A stretch of DNA of 41,209 bases from Spirochaetales bacterium (GTDB lineage: Bacteria; Spirochaetota; Spirochaetia; SZUA-6; JAFGRV01), in assembly GCA_016928415.1 (NCBI GenBank), contig JAFGKU010000225.1, positions 1 to 41,209 on the forward strand, read 5' to 3'. Shown piece by piece: positions 19,404 to 29,063 of the stretch. The position numbers and the translations under genes were made by a program. How positions within the stretch are numbered: the stretch's first letter is position 1; the number at the start of each line of letters is the position of its first letter. Below the pieces are notes generated by a model. It was not told the DNA's origin and did no database searches. It saw only the letters and a program-made list of their open reading frames with translations.

Positions 19404-20493
19404 GGTTCTCCTCCTTTTTCTCCGTATGGTCAGGCGAAGCCATTTTCCCATACGCCGTGGCCCCGAGCATCGCACCCAATGACATTGAATCCAGGGCGGA
19501 CGAGGGAATGAGCATAATGGAATTGTTGTTCTTAAGTCCCTCATAAACCATGTTCATGGCGCGCAACTGCAGGGCAGTCGGATTCTCTCTATATTTCAAA
19601 GAAGCCTTCTCAAACTTCTCCGCAACTTCAATTTCCGCTTCTCCCAGTATTATACGGGACTGCCTCTCACGCTCCGCCTGGGCGCGGCGGGACATGGCAT
19701 GTTCCAGTTCCTTGGGTATGATGATGTCCGTGATTTCAACGGAAAGAATCGTGATGCCCCAGGGATTGGTTTTTGCATCCAGCGCCAGCTGAATTTCCTT
19801 GCAGAGTTTGTCCCGTGACGACAGCAAATCGGCCAGTTCGTGTTTGCCGATCGCTTCCCTCAGCGCGGTCTGTGCGGAAAGGACGACCGCTTCAAAATAA
19901 TTTTCCACTTCCAGCACGGTTTTGGATGCATCCCAAACCATCCAGAAGGCAAGGGCATCGACGGAAACCGGCACCGTATCCGTGGTAAGCGTTTTTTCGG
20001 CCCTGAAATCGGTGGCCCGGATACGCGTATCGATAAAGGCGGCTATCCTGTCCATAATGGGCATGAGGAAGAACAAACCTGAGCCGCGCACCTTCTTGAA
20101 TTTTCCGAATCTCAGCACAATGACCTTGTCCCAATGCTGGACAAGCTGAAGGGCCGGTGCTATTAGAAAGCCCAGGAGGAGGGAAATACCGACCGGATAG
20201 ATATTGCCTTCCGCACCGGAAAGCATCCCGGCCGCCGTAACGATGAGAAAGATGATTGACACGGTCCAATACGGGAAAACCGCCATGATAACCCCGCTGA
20301 ACAGCACGTATCCCACGACACCCATCAATTTTTCCATTACCAAAGGCTCTTCATAGAAATACTGAAGGCCTATACCGGCACCCAAAAAAAGACAGAGCAG
20401 TAAAAAGGAAAATGCATTGAAAATAAAATCCTTGGGCGGTGTCTTCTTTGAGAAAATTTTGGTTAATTCGTTTTTTTGTTTTAAAAGATTCAT
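19390..20493 (-). CDS. SPFH/band-7 (stomatin/slipin-like) membrane protein
   Basis: The start is taken at ATG 20493 (MNLLKQ...) to avoid overlap with GntR. Several N-terminal TM helices precede the SPFH core (VIVLRFGKFKKV...GLFFLMPIMDRI...) and a coiled-coil E/R/A-rich tail. Confidence 0.75.
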   Translation of the reverse strand: MNLLKQKNELTKIFSKKTPPKDFIFNAFSFLLLCLFLGAGIGLQYFYEEPLVMEKLMGVVGYVLFSGVIMAVFPYWTVSIIFLIVTAAGMLSGAEGNIYPVGISLLLGFLIAPALQLVQHWDKVIVLRFGKFKKVRGSGLFFLMPIMDRIAAFIDTRIRATDFRAEKTLTTDTVPVSVDALAFWMVWDASKTVLEVENYFEAVVLSAQTALREAIGKHELADLLSSRDKLCKEIQLALDAKTNPWGITILSVEITDIIIPKELEHAMSRRAQAERERQSRIILGEAEIEVAEKFEKASLKYRENPTALQLRAMNMVYEGLKNNNSIMLIPSSALDSMSLGAMLGATAYGKMASPDHTEKKEENHDKD

Positions 20494-20506
20494 AAAATCC
20501 TCCCTG

Positions 20507-20896
20507 TCAAGCCTTATCAAGTTCTTCCAGGTAATTACGGACATCCCGAATGGTAAAACCATAAGAAGATGCCTGGGTAATGAACCCCCGCATCAGTTCG
20601 CTCAGTATTTTTTCCCTTTCAATGTCCGACATTTCAATTTTTTTATCACTGATGAACGTACCGGTGCCATGCTGGGTATTGACAATGCCCCTGATTTCCA
20701 GCTCCGTGTAAGCCCTGGCCACCGTATTCGGATTCACCTGCAGATCCACCGCCAGTCCACGGACCGTTGGTAACTGGTCGCCGCAAACAAGCCTTCCGTC
20801 TGCAATGGCCATTTCTATCTGCAAAATGATTTGCTTATAAAAAGGAACACCGCTTTTGGGGTCTAAGGTAATTGTAATCAATTCTTTTTTTTCCAT
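20507..20896 (-). CDS. GntR-family transcriptional regulator (short, YtrA-like)
   Basis: 129 aa. GntR winged HTH: GDQLPTVRGLAVDLQVNPNTVARAYTELEIRGIVNTQHGTGTFI. It is the first gene of the operon. Confidence 0.75.
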   Translation of the reverse strand: MEKKELITITLDPKSGVPFYKQIILQIEMAIADGRLVCGDQLPTVRGLAVDLQVNPNTVARAYTELEIRGIVNTQHGTGTFISDKKIEMSDIEREKILSELMRGFITQASSYGFTIRDVRNYLEELDKA

Positions 20897-21075
20897 ATTG
20901 TACTAATACCCTAATACACTATAAGTATAATACTCTAGTTCATTACTGTCAAGAAAAATTTTTTAATAAATTTGGAATTTTTTATGAGATTTTCTATTAA
21001 AATTTAAATAAATCCGTGGGAAATAGAGCCTTACCTGGAAAAAAGTATATGGTCCTTCCTTATTTGGCAGTACTT

Positions 21076-22275
21076 CTACTTCACATCAATACAATAAAGG
21101 TTCCCCCTGTCGCTCCTGGCATACAGCCTGCCGTCCATTACATAAGGGGCCGTCCAGAATAACCCTTTTTTGGGTAATTTAGTCCCGGCCACTTCAACAT
21201 ACTTGTCAGCGAAAAGACGGGCCACCAGCAGGTCGCCCTTTTCCCCAAGAAATACAATATAATTATTGACGCCCACCAGAGAACCGAATCCCTTTACCGC
21301 CTTCCATTGGGATTTTCCGTTTTTAACATCAATACAATTAATACTGCTTCCGCTTCCGGAAGGTGAACCATTGATTCCGTAGATAAATCCATCTTTGTAT
21401 ATAAAACTGCCGACATGGCTCGATATAGTCTTGTTTTCCCAGATTTTCTTTATGCTGTTATCTGTGATTTCAAAAAGGGCGCAACCGCGGTTATAATCCG
21501 AAGATATAAAGATCCTGTTATCAATAATCAACGGATCCGCTGCATTGACGTTACTGCTGTTCTTCCAGTTCACTGACCATCCCTTTTTTCCAGTTTTCAC
21601 ATCAACGGAATAAAGCGTATCGTAGCCGAATATGGCCGCCATCTGACTGTCCCGGCTTTTAAAAGGCACAACGGTAGCATAGCCGGAAGTGCCGCTTGTT
21701 TTCCACAGAAAGGCACCGTTTGTTTTATTCAACGCAATGCCGCCATCGCCGGCATTCAGCAGAATCATATTGCCAAGAATCACGGGCGTACCCGCCTGCC
21801 CCCAGGAAGGCGGTTTTAAATTTGCCAGTTTTTTAAAATCTTTCATCCACTTTATTTTACCCGTTTTGGAATCCAGACAATGAAGCTGACCTTCCTGACT
21901 GAAAATGTAAAGGTTATCGCCGTCCAGGACCGGGGTTGCCTTTGGCCCGGGGTAATTCCCCGAGGCACACTTGTATTGTATGGTCCAGACCACTTTCCCG
22001 CTTTTCCGGTTCAGACAATAAACCTTGTTGACATTCCATTCCGAACCCGTCGTGTAAAGGTAATCGCCGGACAGAACCACATTGGAATATCCCCTGCCAA
22101 GCTCCGCCTGCCATAATATTTTCGGATTCCCTTTTAAAGTATCAGGATTGAAGGTGGGATCGGATGCGATACCATACTCATCCGTTCCCCTCCAGTTCAC
22201 ATCCCGGGAAAAAACCGGAAACGGAAGAATTAAAATGAATATCGATACCATCATTCTTTTAAGGGACTTAACCAT
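21076..22275 (-). CDS. PQQ-like beta-propeller repeat protein (BamB-like), secreted
   Basis: 399 aa with a signal peptide. Repeated blades of the form G+hY+sS+DG+LaChD+KTGK+hW (e.g. GDNLYIFSQEGQLHCLDSKTGKIKW; DGRLYARSDRGNLYCIDVK). Confidence 0.7.
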   Translation of the reverse strand: MVKSLKRMMVSIFILILPFPVFSRDVNWRGTDEYGIASDPTFNPDTLKGNPKILWQAELGRGYSNVVLSGDYLYTTGSEWNVNKVYCLNRKSGKVVWTIQYKCASGNYPGPKATPVLDGDNLYIFSQEGQLHCLDSKTGKIKWMKDFKKLANLKPPSWGQAGTPVILGNMILLNAGDGGIALNKTNGAFLWKTSGTSGYATVVPFKSRDSQMAAIFGYDTLYSVDVKTGKKGWSVNWKNSSNVNAADPLIIDNRIFISSDYNRGCALFEITDNSIKKIWENKTISSHVGSFIYKDGFIYGINGSPSGSGSSINCIDVKNGKSQWKAVKGFGSLVGVNNYIVFLGEKGDLLVARLFADKYVEVAGTKLPKKGLFWTAPYVMDGRLYARSDRGNLYCIDVK

Positions 22276-22395
22276 ACAAAACTCCTGTACTATAGATTTT
22301 TCCTGAGAAATATAATAATATTTATCGAAAAAGGAAAGCCGAGAGAACCTGATAATCCATACTTACCGGCTGATGTCAAACCGGTGCCGCATTTT

Positions 22396-25300
22396 TCAAG
22401 AATCCATTTTTTTAAAACCGATTCCGGAAAAATAAAAGTTCCGGTCCTCATTACCCGCCATAAGGTCGTTTATAAATTGAATTTTTAACGAATGGCTTCC
22501 CTTTCCAATCCTGCAAATACCAAATACAACCGTATCGGTCATCAAGAACGGGATTTCACGTTCCCCGAGATCTACTTCATCCAGCAGTATGCGAACCTTT
22601 GCGTACTCTCCCAGTGCCGGAGAGGACCTGCCGGATAAATTGATTTCATATTCTGCATCAGATACAGAGGAAAAAACAGAGCTTACTGTCCCCGCTGCAA
22701 CCAGTGAAATTTCCTTTTCATCCGATTTATAATAAGGTATGGTTCCTACGGGCCGGAATTTCTTATGGCTTATCCATGTAATCCGCTTAACCTCATTTCT
22801 GAAAGGGGCACCTAAAGAGGAGAATAGGGTATTCGCATAGCGGTCCGCTTTAATCCTGTTTGATTGACTGATGTCCCATCGCACGCAGTCAATAACCACG
22901 GAATTGCCGTTTGCCAGCTTCAGGGCGGCTACCGCGGGAGGATTGCAGAAGAATTCGACACCGCCTGTATCAAGAGTCTTCTTCGTAACCAATAAGGCAT
23001 CCAGGAAAAGATTCCTGTCCTCCCCGCCAGTATCATAGGCGTCATTAATAAAAGACAGGGTTATCCGGTAGGTACCCGCTTTGGTTTCAAAAACGGCCGA
23101 GTATCCCTTCAAGGCAGACTGATCAAGCATGATTCTACAGACCACGCTGCCGTCCAGCGATATATTGACAAGCGGCCATTGCTTGCGCATCGGCGTTCCT
23201 GCCGCCAGAAGGACTATCTTGTACAAACCGGCGGATGCGAAGGTCAGAGAGGATTCGGCAGTGCCGTTTGTATTGAAATTGACCCCTTTACCGTCTGCAG
23301 AGACACTCACATATTTACCCGAAAAATCCCATTCCTCCACTTCGAACCGGTTCATGGTTATATTTTCAGCGTCGAAGGAAAGGCTTCGGTCAATGACAGC
23401 GGGGTCCGGTTCGAATTCCCTCATCCACGTTCTGTTGGCGCCTTGCCCGATAAAAGTTAAATCCTCCCTTAAAAAGCCGTAAAAAGGGAAATACCGGGTT
23501 TCCCTGAAACTCAAGGGACCGGTTGAAGGCTCTATAATGTAACCTCCCAGTCCCATGATACCGCGTAACTCTTTAAACGCGGCCGGGTCAGGTGAATGCC
23601 AGTATAATACGTGACTTCCCGATGAATCATTAATGAATGTTTTTATATTTTCCTTCTCAGCCATCATATCTTCCCCTCCGTTATGGAGAATGAGGAGATT
23701 CGTGTCAGACAGGGAAGAAGCGGTTTTTTGAAAATCAAGATTGTATGAATCAAGTCTGCCGACAAACGAATCCATCCGATTACCGGAGCCCAATACAAAA
23801 GCTTTCTTTCCCGCCTTAACGGGCCGTCCAAGATAATTTAAACAATTTTGAAGCAAAGTGCGTGCAACCGGTTCCACCGTGAGTTTATCACCGAACAGGG
23901 ATTGACATAAAATCACCCTGCCTTTTCCGTATGGCATCTCGACCATGGGAGCCTGGTCCAGTGCATCGGGTCCGCCGGAAACAATCAATGAACGCGCCCC
24001 TGATTTCCGGGGTCTTTTGATCTCCCTTTGCGTAACGTAATGATCATCACGCCAAAACCTGAAATCCCCATTGTCAAGACCCTTAAAAACGGGATGGGCC
24101 GCGGAAGCAACGAAGGTTATCGTCGAGGCATGATCGGTTAATTCAAGACCGGGGAAAATACTCCCCACGCTGTCCTGTGCCGAAAACAAGGCCCTCCCCC
24201 CCTTATCAAGAAAAAACAGCAGCGGGGTTACATCGTTTTTGGTTTCCCCTATCACAACGGGACCGTTACCCGTTTTGTTATCGTGAAAAACCAGTGGACC
24301 CACAACCACGATCGAACGGGCGGCATCAAGACTGGAAAATTCGCCAATGTCCTTTATTATTTGAAAATTTCTTTCCTGTAGATGAGGATATATCCGTTCT
24401 TCGGGATCGTACACATACACCTTGTAACCGGAAGGTGCGGCAAATCGTTTACGCGTCCATACATGGAAAGGGAAATAGCTTGAGTAAAGAATTTTTCCCT
24501 CCGAAATCAATTCAATTTTTAATTTCAATTCACCCGTTACTTGCTTTACCGGCATGGGTATTGAAGCTTTCACGGCCATGTGCGCAGCGGGTTCCAGTGC
24601 CAGTCTTTTACTGAATCCCTCTTTCCAGCCGGGATAAGTTACATGGAGGTCCAGGTTTAAGGCGGTATTGCCGTCATTAAAAACGTCAAATGTCTTGAGC
24701 ATTCTTTCCGATGCAAAATAATGGTTACACAATTCCCTCACAAAAACGGCTGCCGGTGAGTAGACCTCTTTCTGCACGGAATACAAAGGACTGGATTCAT
24801 CAATTCTCAATCCGGCTTCCGCGAAGGTCCAGGGGCACATTCCGGACACTCCCGCCCTCCTGTACGCTATGGTTTGGTAACGCCACGCTTCCGCCTTGGC
24901 CTTTAGATTAAACGACCGCCTGTCCGTATAGGCTTCATCGCCGAAAAAAATGGAAGCCGGGGAAAAATCCTCAAACGGGACCCAAAGGTATTCCCCTATG
25001 TATAGCGGTTTTTTCCTGTCCCATTCGAACTTTTTATTGCGGCTTCCCAATAGACCGCCTTCCCTGCCGGTAGTCACTGCCTGCCCGGAAAGCCAATCCG
25101 CCGTATTCGGGTAGGCATAATTATCCGGAATCTCATGGGGATAATGCAGCCCTATAACATCGGCCGCGCCGCCGGGGTCCAGATCCGCCTCATACGTTAT
25201 CAGGTGTGAAGGGTCCAATGCCTTTATCTTTCCGCCCATTTCGGCCAATCTTTGTTCGACGGAAGGCAGATATTGCGATGCACCACAATGAAGGATCTCG

Positions 25301-26580
25301 TTTTCCAGGCTCCACATAACCAATGAGGGATGATTCCTGTCACGCTTTACCATCCCTTCCAGATGTTCCAGGATATTTTTCCACAGCCTTTCATCCCCGT
25401 AGGCATAACCTCCTCCCCCGTCACACCACAGCGCCCCTTCCTCAATAATCAGGACTCCTACTTCATCGGCGGCATCCAGCCACTTCCTCTGCCAGGGCTG
25501 CGTATGAAGCCGGAATGCGGTAACATTCGCCTTCTTCAGGGCAAGCAGGTTGTTCCTCACTTCCTCATAACTCTGGTTGGACGGCAGCGGCCATGTGCTT
25601 GAAGCCAGGAGATGCCTCTTAACGCCGTTTAAATAAAAATCCGGCCCTTCGGCCCATAATTCCCTGAATCCAAAGGGCTCGGTCAGGTGGTCCAGGACCG
25701 TTCCCGTTTCCCCATTAACCAGGCTGAGGTCAAGCGAATAAGTTTTACATTCTTCAGGAGACCAATACTGGATACTTTTAATGTTTTCTTCCAGGACAAA
25801 GGAACCGCTACCTGTTATTTTCACCGCCCCAAGCGAACAAATAAGGGAACCAAGATCCCTTACCTCCCCTTTTACCCTGAGGTCTCCCGTATGCGTGGAA
25901 ATCCCCGTAACCGTCAACAGGTTGTTCTTCCTTACAGAAGTCTGGATGAAAATATCCTTCAAGTGGGCATTGGGGCGGGCAACCAGAAAAGCGTCATCCC
26001 AGATACCGTAATGTGCAAAATATCCTCCTATGGGAGCAATTATCCTGTTCTTCGGCGTGCTGCGTAAAATATCCCAGTTCCCGGAAGCGTCCACGGGGAG
26101 CACATAATTACCGGAGAACGTCGCACCCCAGTCCTGGCATACGACATCCAGTCTGAACGAATGTCCCGGTTCAACCAGGCCCGTTAATTCCACTTCAAAG
26201 GGCGTCCAACCTTCAAGCCTGCCGGCTATCAATTTCCCGTTTACATAAACCTGTGGATTATACCGTGCTCCGGATAACAGAAGAAAGACCCTTATATCCT
26301 TCCATTCTGCCGGTACATTCACCTGCCGGGAAAAACAGGCGTATTCGCTTCCTCCGCGCGCTTCACCGTATAGAAGGCCGGGCACATCCATCTCTTTCCA
26401 GTCCGCCATGCCGGAGGGCAACGGATTACCTTTTGAAACGGCAACTTTCCATGTTCCATTCAGGTTCAACCGGTCCCTTATTCCCGGCAACAGGGGTAAT
26501 TCCTTCTGGGGCGAAGCATAAAGAAACGAATTTAACAGAATAAAAAAAAGTATCAATAAAAAATTTTCACGCCGAACCAT
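22396..26580 (-). CDS. Glycoside hydrolase family 2 multidomain protein with C-terminal tandem CBM-like modules
   Basis: 1394 aa with a signal peptide. A GH2 sugar-binding N-domain is followed by a TIM barrel carrying NHPSLVMWSLENE. The two C-terminal repeats share ...G.Y.I.L.FIND......EDRN.F.D... (CBM6/35-like pattern). Confidence 0.75.
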   Translation of the reverse strand: MVRRENFLLILFFILLNSFLYASPQKELPLLPGIRDRLNLNGTWKVAVSKGNPLPSGMADWKEMDVPGLLYGEARGGSEYACFSRQVNVPAEWKDIRVFLLLSGARYNPQVYVNGKLIAGRLEGWTPFEVELTGLVEPGHSFRLDVVCQDWGATFSGNYVLPVDASGNWDILRSTPKNRIIAPIGGYFAHYGIWDDAFLVARPNAHLKDIFIQTSVRKNNLLTVTGISTHTGDLRVKGEVRDLGSLICSLGAVKITGSGSFVLEENIKSIQYWSPEECKTYSLDLSLVNGETGTVLDHLTEPFGFRELWAEGPDFYLNGVKRHLLASSTWPLPSNQSYEEVRNNLLALKKANVTAFRLHTQPWQRKWLDAADEVGVLIIEEGALWCDGGGGYAYGDERLWKNILEHLEGMVKRDRNHPSLVMWSLENEILHCGASQYLPSVEQRLAEMGGKIKALDPSHLITYEADLDPGGAADVIGLHYPHEIPDNYAYPNTADWLSGQAVTTGREGGLLGSRNKKFEWDRKKPLYIGEYLWVPFEDFSPASIFFGDEAYTDRRSFNLKAKAEAWRYQTIAYRRAGVSGMCPWTFAEAGLRIDESSPLYSVQKEVYSPAAVFVRELCNHYFASERMLKTFDVFNDGNTALNLDLHVTYPGWKEGFSKRLALEPAAHMAVKASIPMPVKQVTGELKLKIELISEGKILYSSYFPFHVWTRKRFAAPSGYKVYVYDPEERIYPHLQERNFQIIKDIGEFSSLDAARSIVVVGPLVFHDNKTGNGPVVIGETKNDVTPLLFFLDKGGRALFSAQDSVGSIFPGLELTDHASTITFVASAAHPVFKGLDNGDFRFWRDDHYVTQREIKRPRKSGARSLIVSGGPDALDQAPMVEMPYGKGRVILCQSLFGDKLTVEPVARTLLQNCLNYLGRPVKAGKKAFVLGSGNRMDSFVGRLDSYNLDFQKTASSLSDTNLLILHNGGEDMMAEKENIKTFINDSSGSHVLYWHSPDPAAFKELRGIMGLGGYIIEPSTGPLSFRETRYFPFYGFLREDLTFIGQGANRTWMREFEPDPAVIDRSLSFDAENITMNRFEVEEWDFSGKYVSVSADGKGVNFNTNGTAESSLTFASAGLYKIVLLAAGTPMRKQWPLVNISLDGSVVCRIMLDQSALKGYSAVFETKAGTYRITLSFINDAYDTGGEDRNLFLDALLVTKKTLDTGGVEFFCNPPAVAALKLANGNSVVIDCVRWDISQSNRIKADRYANTLFSSLGAPFRNEVKRITWISHKKFRPVGTIPYYKSDEKEISLVAAGTVSSVFSSVSDAEYEINLSGRSSPALGEYAKVRILLDEVDLGEREIPFLMTDTVVFGICRIGKGSHSLKIQFINDLMAGNEDRNFYFSGIGFKKMDS

Positions 26581-28072
26581 ATTTTATTCCTCCTGATCGA
26601 TTCTTTGCACATGTCAGCCTGTATTTGAACAACCCTTTTCCAGGGAGCCTTATTATTTTACGGCTTATAAGTTCCTGTAAGGCATCGTCAATATCATCTA
26701 TACTCCAGTTTTCAAGAACTCCGAAAAAACGGTTCTTATAAAGTTCTTTCATGGTGCATTCCAGACCCGGTTTTCCCGACAGAATCTGCCTCGCTTCCCT
26801 GATGGAATATACGCGCCTGTTGCTTTTAGCAAAAAGCATAATTTCATGAAGGCCTTCCGGTTCCGCCTGCACGGAGCCATCACATACATCACAGCCGGAA
26901 CAGGCCCCTGAAAAATTATAATTCAACAGCCCAAGAAGACGTTCACGCCTGCAACGATTAATACCGGAAACATATCCGAGCATGGCCGTATAACGTGCTT
27001 GCTCTGTTCCGCTACTGATATTCCCGGCAAACAACTCGTCCTCAAGCGAATGAAGCAGAATTGCCCGGCTCGGTTTCCCATCCCTGCCCGCCCTGCCGGA
27101 TTCCTGCAGGTACGCCTCAACCGACAGGGGAACATCGGCATGGAGAACGGTCCTTATATTTCTTTTATCAATCCCCATGCCGTAGGCACAGGTGGAAACC
27201 AGCACTCCCTTGTCGGATTGAAAAAACCAGTCTTCTATTTTCCCCCGCTCCTCTTTTGTGAGTCCGGCATGGTAGAAATAAACCTCGCCGCTGTCCAGCC
27301 TGTCCCTTAACAGCCTGGCAACCAGTTCGGTTCTTTTCCTGCTTCGTGTAAAGATGATCAGTGGTTTCGGACAAGATGCCGCTATATTACTGACGGCATG
27401 GTTTTTTGAAAGCACCGGATGAACGCTGTACCGGATATTGGGCCTGTCGGGGTCTGACATTACCGTACGGAACGGCCTGTTTCTGAATAGTATTTTCCGG
27501 ATGTTTTCAATGACCCGGGGTGAAGCGGTGGCCGTGAAAGCGCTCACCCTCGGAACATCCAGAATTTCCAGGAGACGCTGCAGTTCAAGATAGGCAGGCC
27601 TGAACGTTTCTCCCCATTCACTGACGCAATGCGCCTCATCGATGACAATATGCGCGATGGAAATGCGGGCTAATTCCGATAAAACTTTCCCGTTCTGCAA
27701 AACCTCCGGGGTGGATAAAAGCATCCTCAGCTCACCGGAGCCGGCTTTTCTGAAGATTTCTTCCCGCTCACCGGCGCCCTGCCCTCCTTTGATCTCACGG
27801 CAGGGAATCCGTTTTTCATTCAGGCTTCTTATCTGGTCCTTTATAAGGGACAGCAACGGCATGACCACGAGGGTTATGCCTTCCATGAAATAAAGGGGAA
27901 GCTGGAAACAGACGGATTTACCGCCGCCGGTGGGAAAAATCACTATCTGGTTGATACCCTCCAGGATATTGGCCAAGACAAAACGCTGGTAAGGATAAAG
28001 ATACGGTATACCGAATATTTCCCGCGCCGTCGATTGGATAGGATCATCATAAATATGCACAGATGAAGACAT
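26567..28072 (-). CDS. recQ: RecQ-family ATP-dependent DNA helicase (short form, no HRDC)
   Basis: 501 aa. Helicase motifs: I FPTGGGKSVCFQLP, II DEAHCVSEWGETFRP, III SAFTATA. It has the RecQ C-terminal region with a Cys cluster (CSGCDVCDG). It overlaps the GH2 start by 14 nt. Confidence 0.75.
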   Translation of the reverse strand: MSSSVHIYDDPIQSTAREIFGIPYLYPYQRFVLANILEGINQIVIFPTGGGKSVCFQLPLYFMEGITLVVMPLLSLIKDQIRSLNEKRIPCREIKGGQGAGEREEIFRKAGSGELRMLLSTPEVLQNGKVLSELARISIAHIVIDEAHCVSEWGETFRPAYLELQRLLEILDVPRVSAFTATASPRVIENIRKILFRNRPFRTVMSDPDRPNIRYSVHPVLSKNHAVSNIAASCPKPLIIFTRSRKRTELVARLLRDRLDSGEVYFYHAGLTKEERGKIEDWFFQSDKGVLVSTCAYGMGIDKRNIRTVLHADVPLSVEAYLQESGRAGRDGKPSRAILLHSLEDELFAGNISSGTEQARYTAMLGYVSGINRCRRERLLGLLNYNFSGACSGCDVCDGSVQAEPEGLHEIMLFAKSNRRVYSIREARQILSGKPGLECTMKELYKNRFFGVLENWSIDDIDDALQELISRKIIRLPGKGLFKYRLTCAKNRSGGIKYGSA

Positions 28073-28121
28073 GTTGAATTATATTAACATATTCCCCAAA
28101 AGGGCAAGGTAACGAATGGTA

Positions 28122-29063
28122 TTAAAAAACAGATTTGATCGCTTTAATCATCTCTTCCATACCGTAAGGTTTGAACAAAACGCCATTGAATCCGTATTTT
28201 TTAAATTCCGAAAGGACCGGATCATTGAAATAGCCGTTTGATACAATGACTTTCATGGAAGGGTCTATTTTCCGCAATTCAATGATCGCTTCTTTACCGC
28301 CCATTCCATTGGGAATGGGCAGGTCCATCACGACCAGATCATACATTTCACTATTTTTCCTGGCCGTCCTGAATTTCATGATGGCTTCCTTCCCTTCGAC
28401 GGCAAAATCAACTTTAATTTTTAATATTTTAAAAATTTCAAAGGAAAGGTCCCTGATGGATTTTTCAACATCCATTAATAAAACGGAAAAAATTTCAGGT
28501 AATTTCATCTTCAATTCATTTTTCCGCCGGTTTTGAACAATCAAAACAGGATTGGCAGGAAGATAAATAACAAACTCCGCGCCCTCCCCTGGTTTTGAAT
28601 CCACCTCTATAATTCCATTGTGTTTTTTTATAATGGAATGGCAGATGGACAACCCAAGACCGCTCCCGACTTTTTTTGTCGAAAAATAGGGATCAACAAT
28701 GTTTTTCATATCCTCTTTTTTTATGCCGCCGCCCTGGTCTTTGACCTTGATTCTCAGGTACAATCCGTCAGGATCGAGTAATAAATTTCCTTTATCCGGA
28801 TTCCTGAAATTGGAAACGGTAAAATCTATCCGGCCCCCTTCCGGCATGGCCTGTATCGCATTGAGCACCAGGTTCTGTATTACCTGGCTTATCTGGCTTT
28901 TATCTATCTCAACCGGCCATAATCCATCCTGGAAATCAAAAAAGCATTTGACCTTTGAACCCTGCGTAATGAAAACGGCGGATTCCCGGATTATTTCCTC
29001 GATCCGCATTTTTTCCTTGACAGGCTCGCCCCCCCTTGAAAAAGTAAGAAGCTGCCGGGTCAA
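28122..29063 (-). CDS. Hybrid histidine kinase C-terminal part (HisKA helix-2 + HATPase_c + REC). The phospho-acceptor H-box is missing, so this is likely a truncated/pseudogene remnant.
   Basis: The ORF begins at TTG with LTRQLLTFSRGG, the conserved post-H-box helix. It continues with N-box NLVLNAIQAMPEGGRIDF, G1 DQGGGI and G2 GSGLGLSI, then a canonical receiver (DLVVMDLPIPNGMGG, VIVSNG, LFKPY). An in-frame TGA lies 6 codons upstream of the TTG. Confidence 0.5.
   Translation of the reverse strand: MTRQLLTFSRGGEPVKEKMRIEEIIRESAVFITQGSKVKCFFDFQDGLWPVEIDKSQISQVIQNLVLNAIQAMPEGGRIDFTVSNFRNPDKGNLLLDPDGLYLRIKVKDQGGGIKKEDMKNIVDPYFSTKKVGSGLGLSICHSIIKKHNGIIEVDSKPGEGAEFVIYLPANPVLIVQNRRKNELKMKLPEIFSVLLMDVEKSIRDLSFEIFKILKIKVDFAVEGKEAIMKFRTARKNSEMYDLVVMDLPIPNGMGGKEAIIELRKIDPSMKVIVSNGYFNDPVLSEFKKYGFNGVLFKPYGMEEMIKAIKSVF

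Noticed and set aside
22421-22442. Hairpin CCGGAA-N9-TTCCGG as a terminator for GH2
   Set aside because: It lies inside the GH2 coding sequence (stop at 22396-22398) and lacks a following U-tract on the relevant strand.
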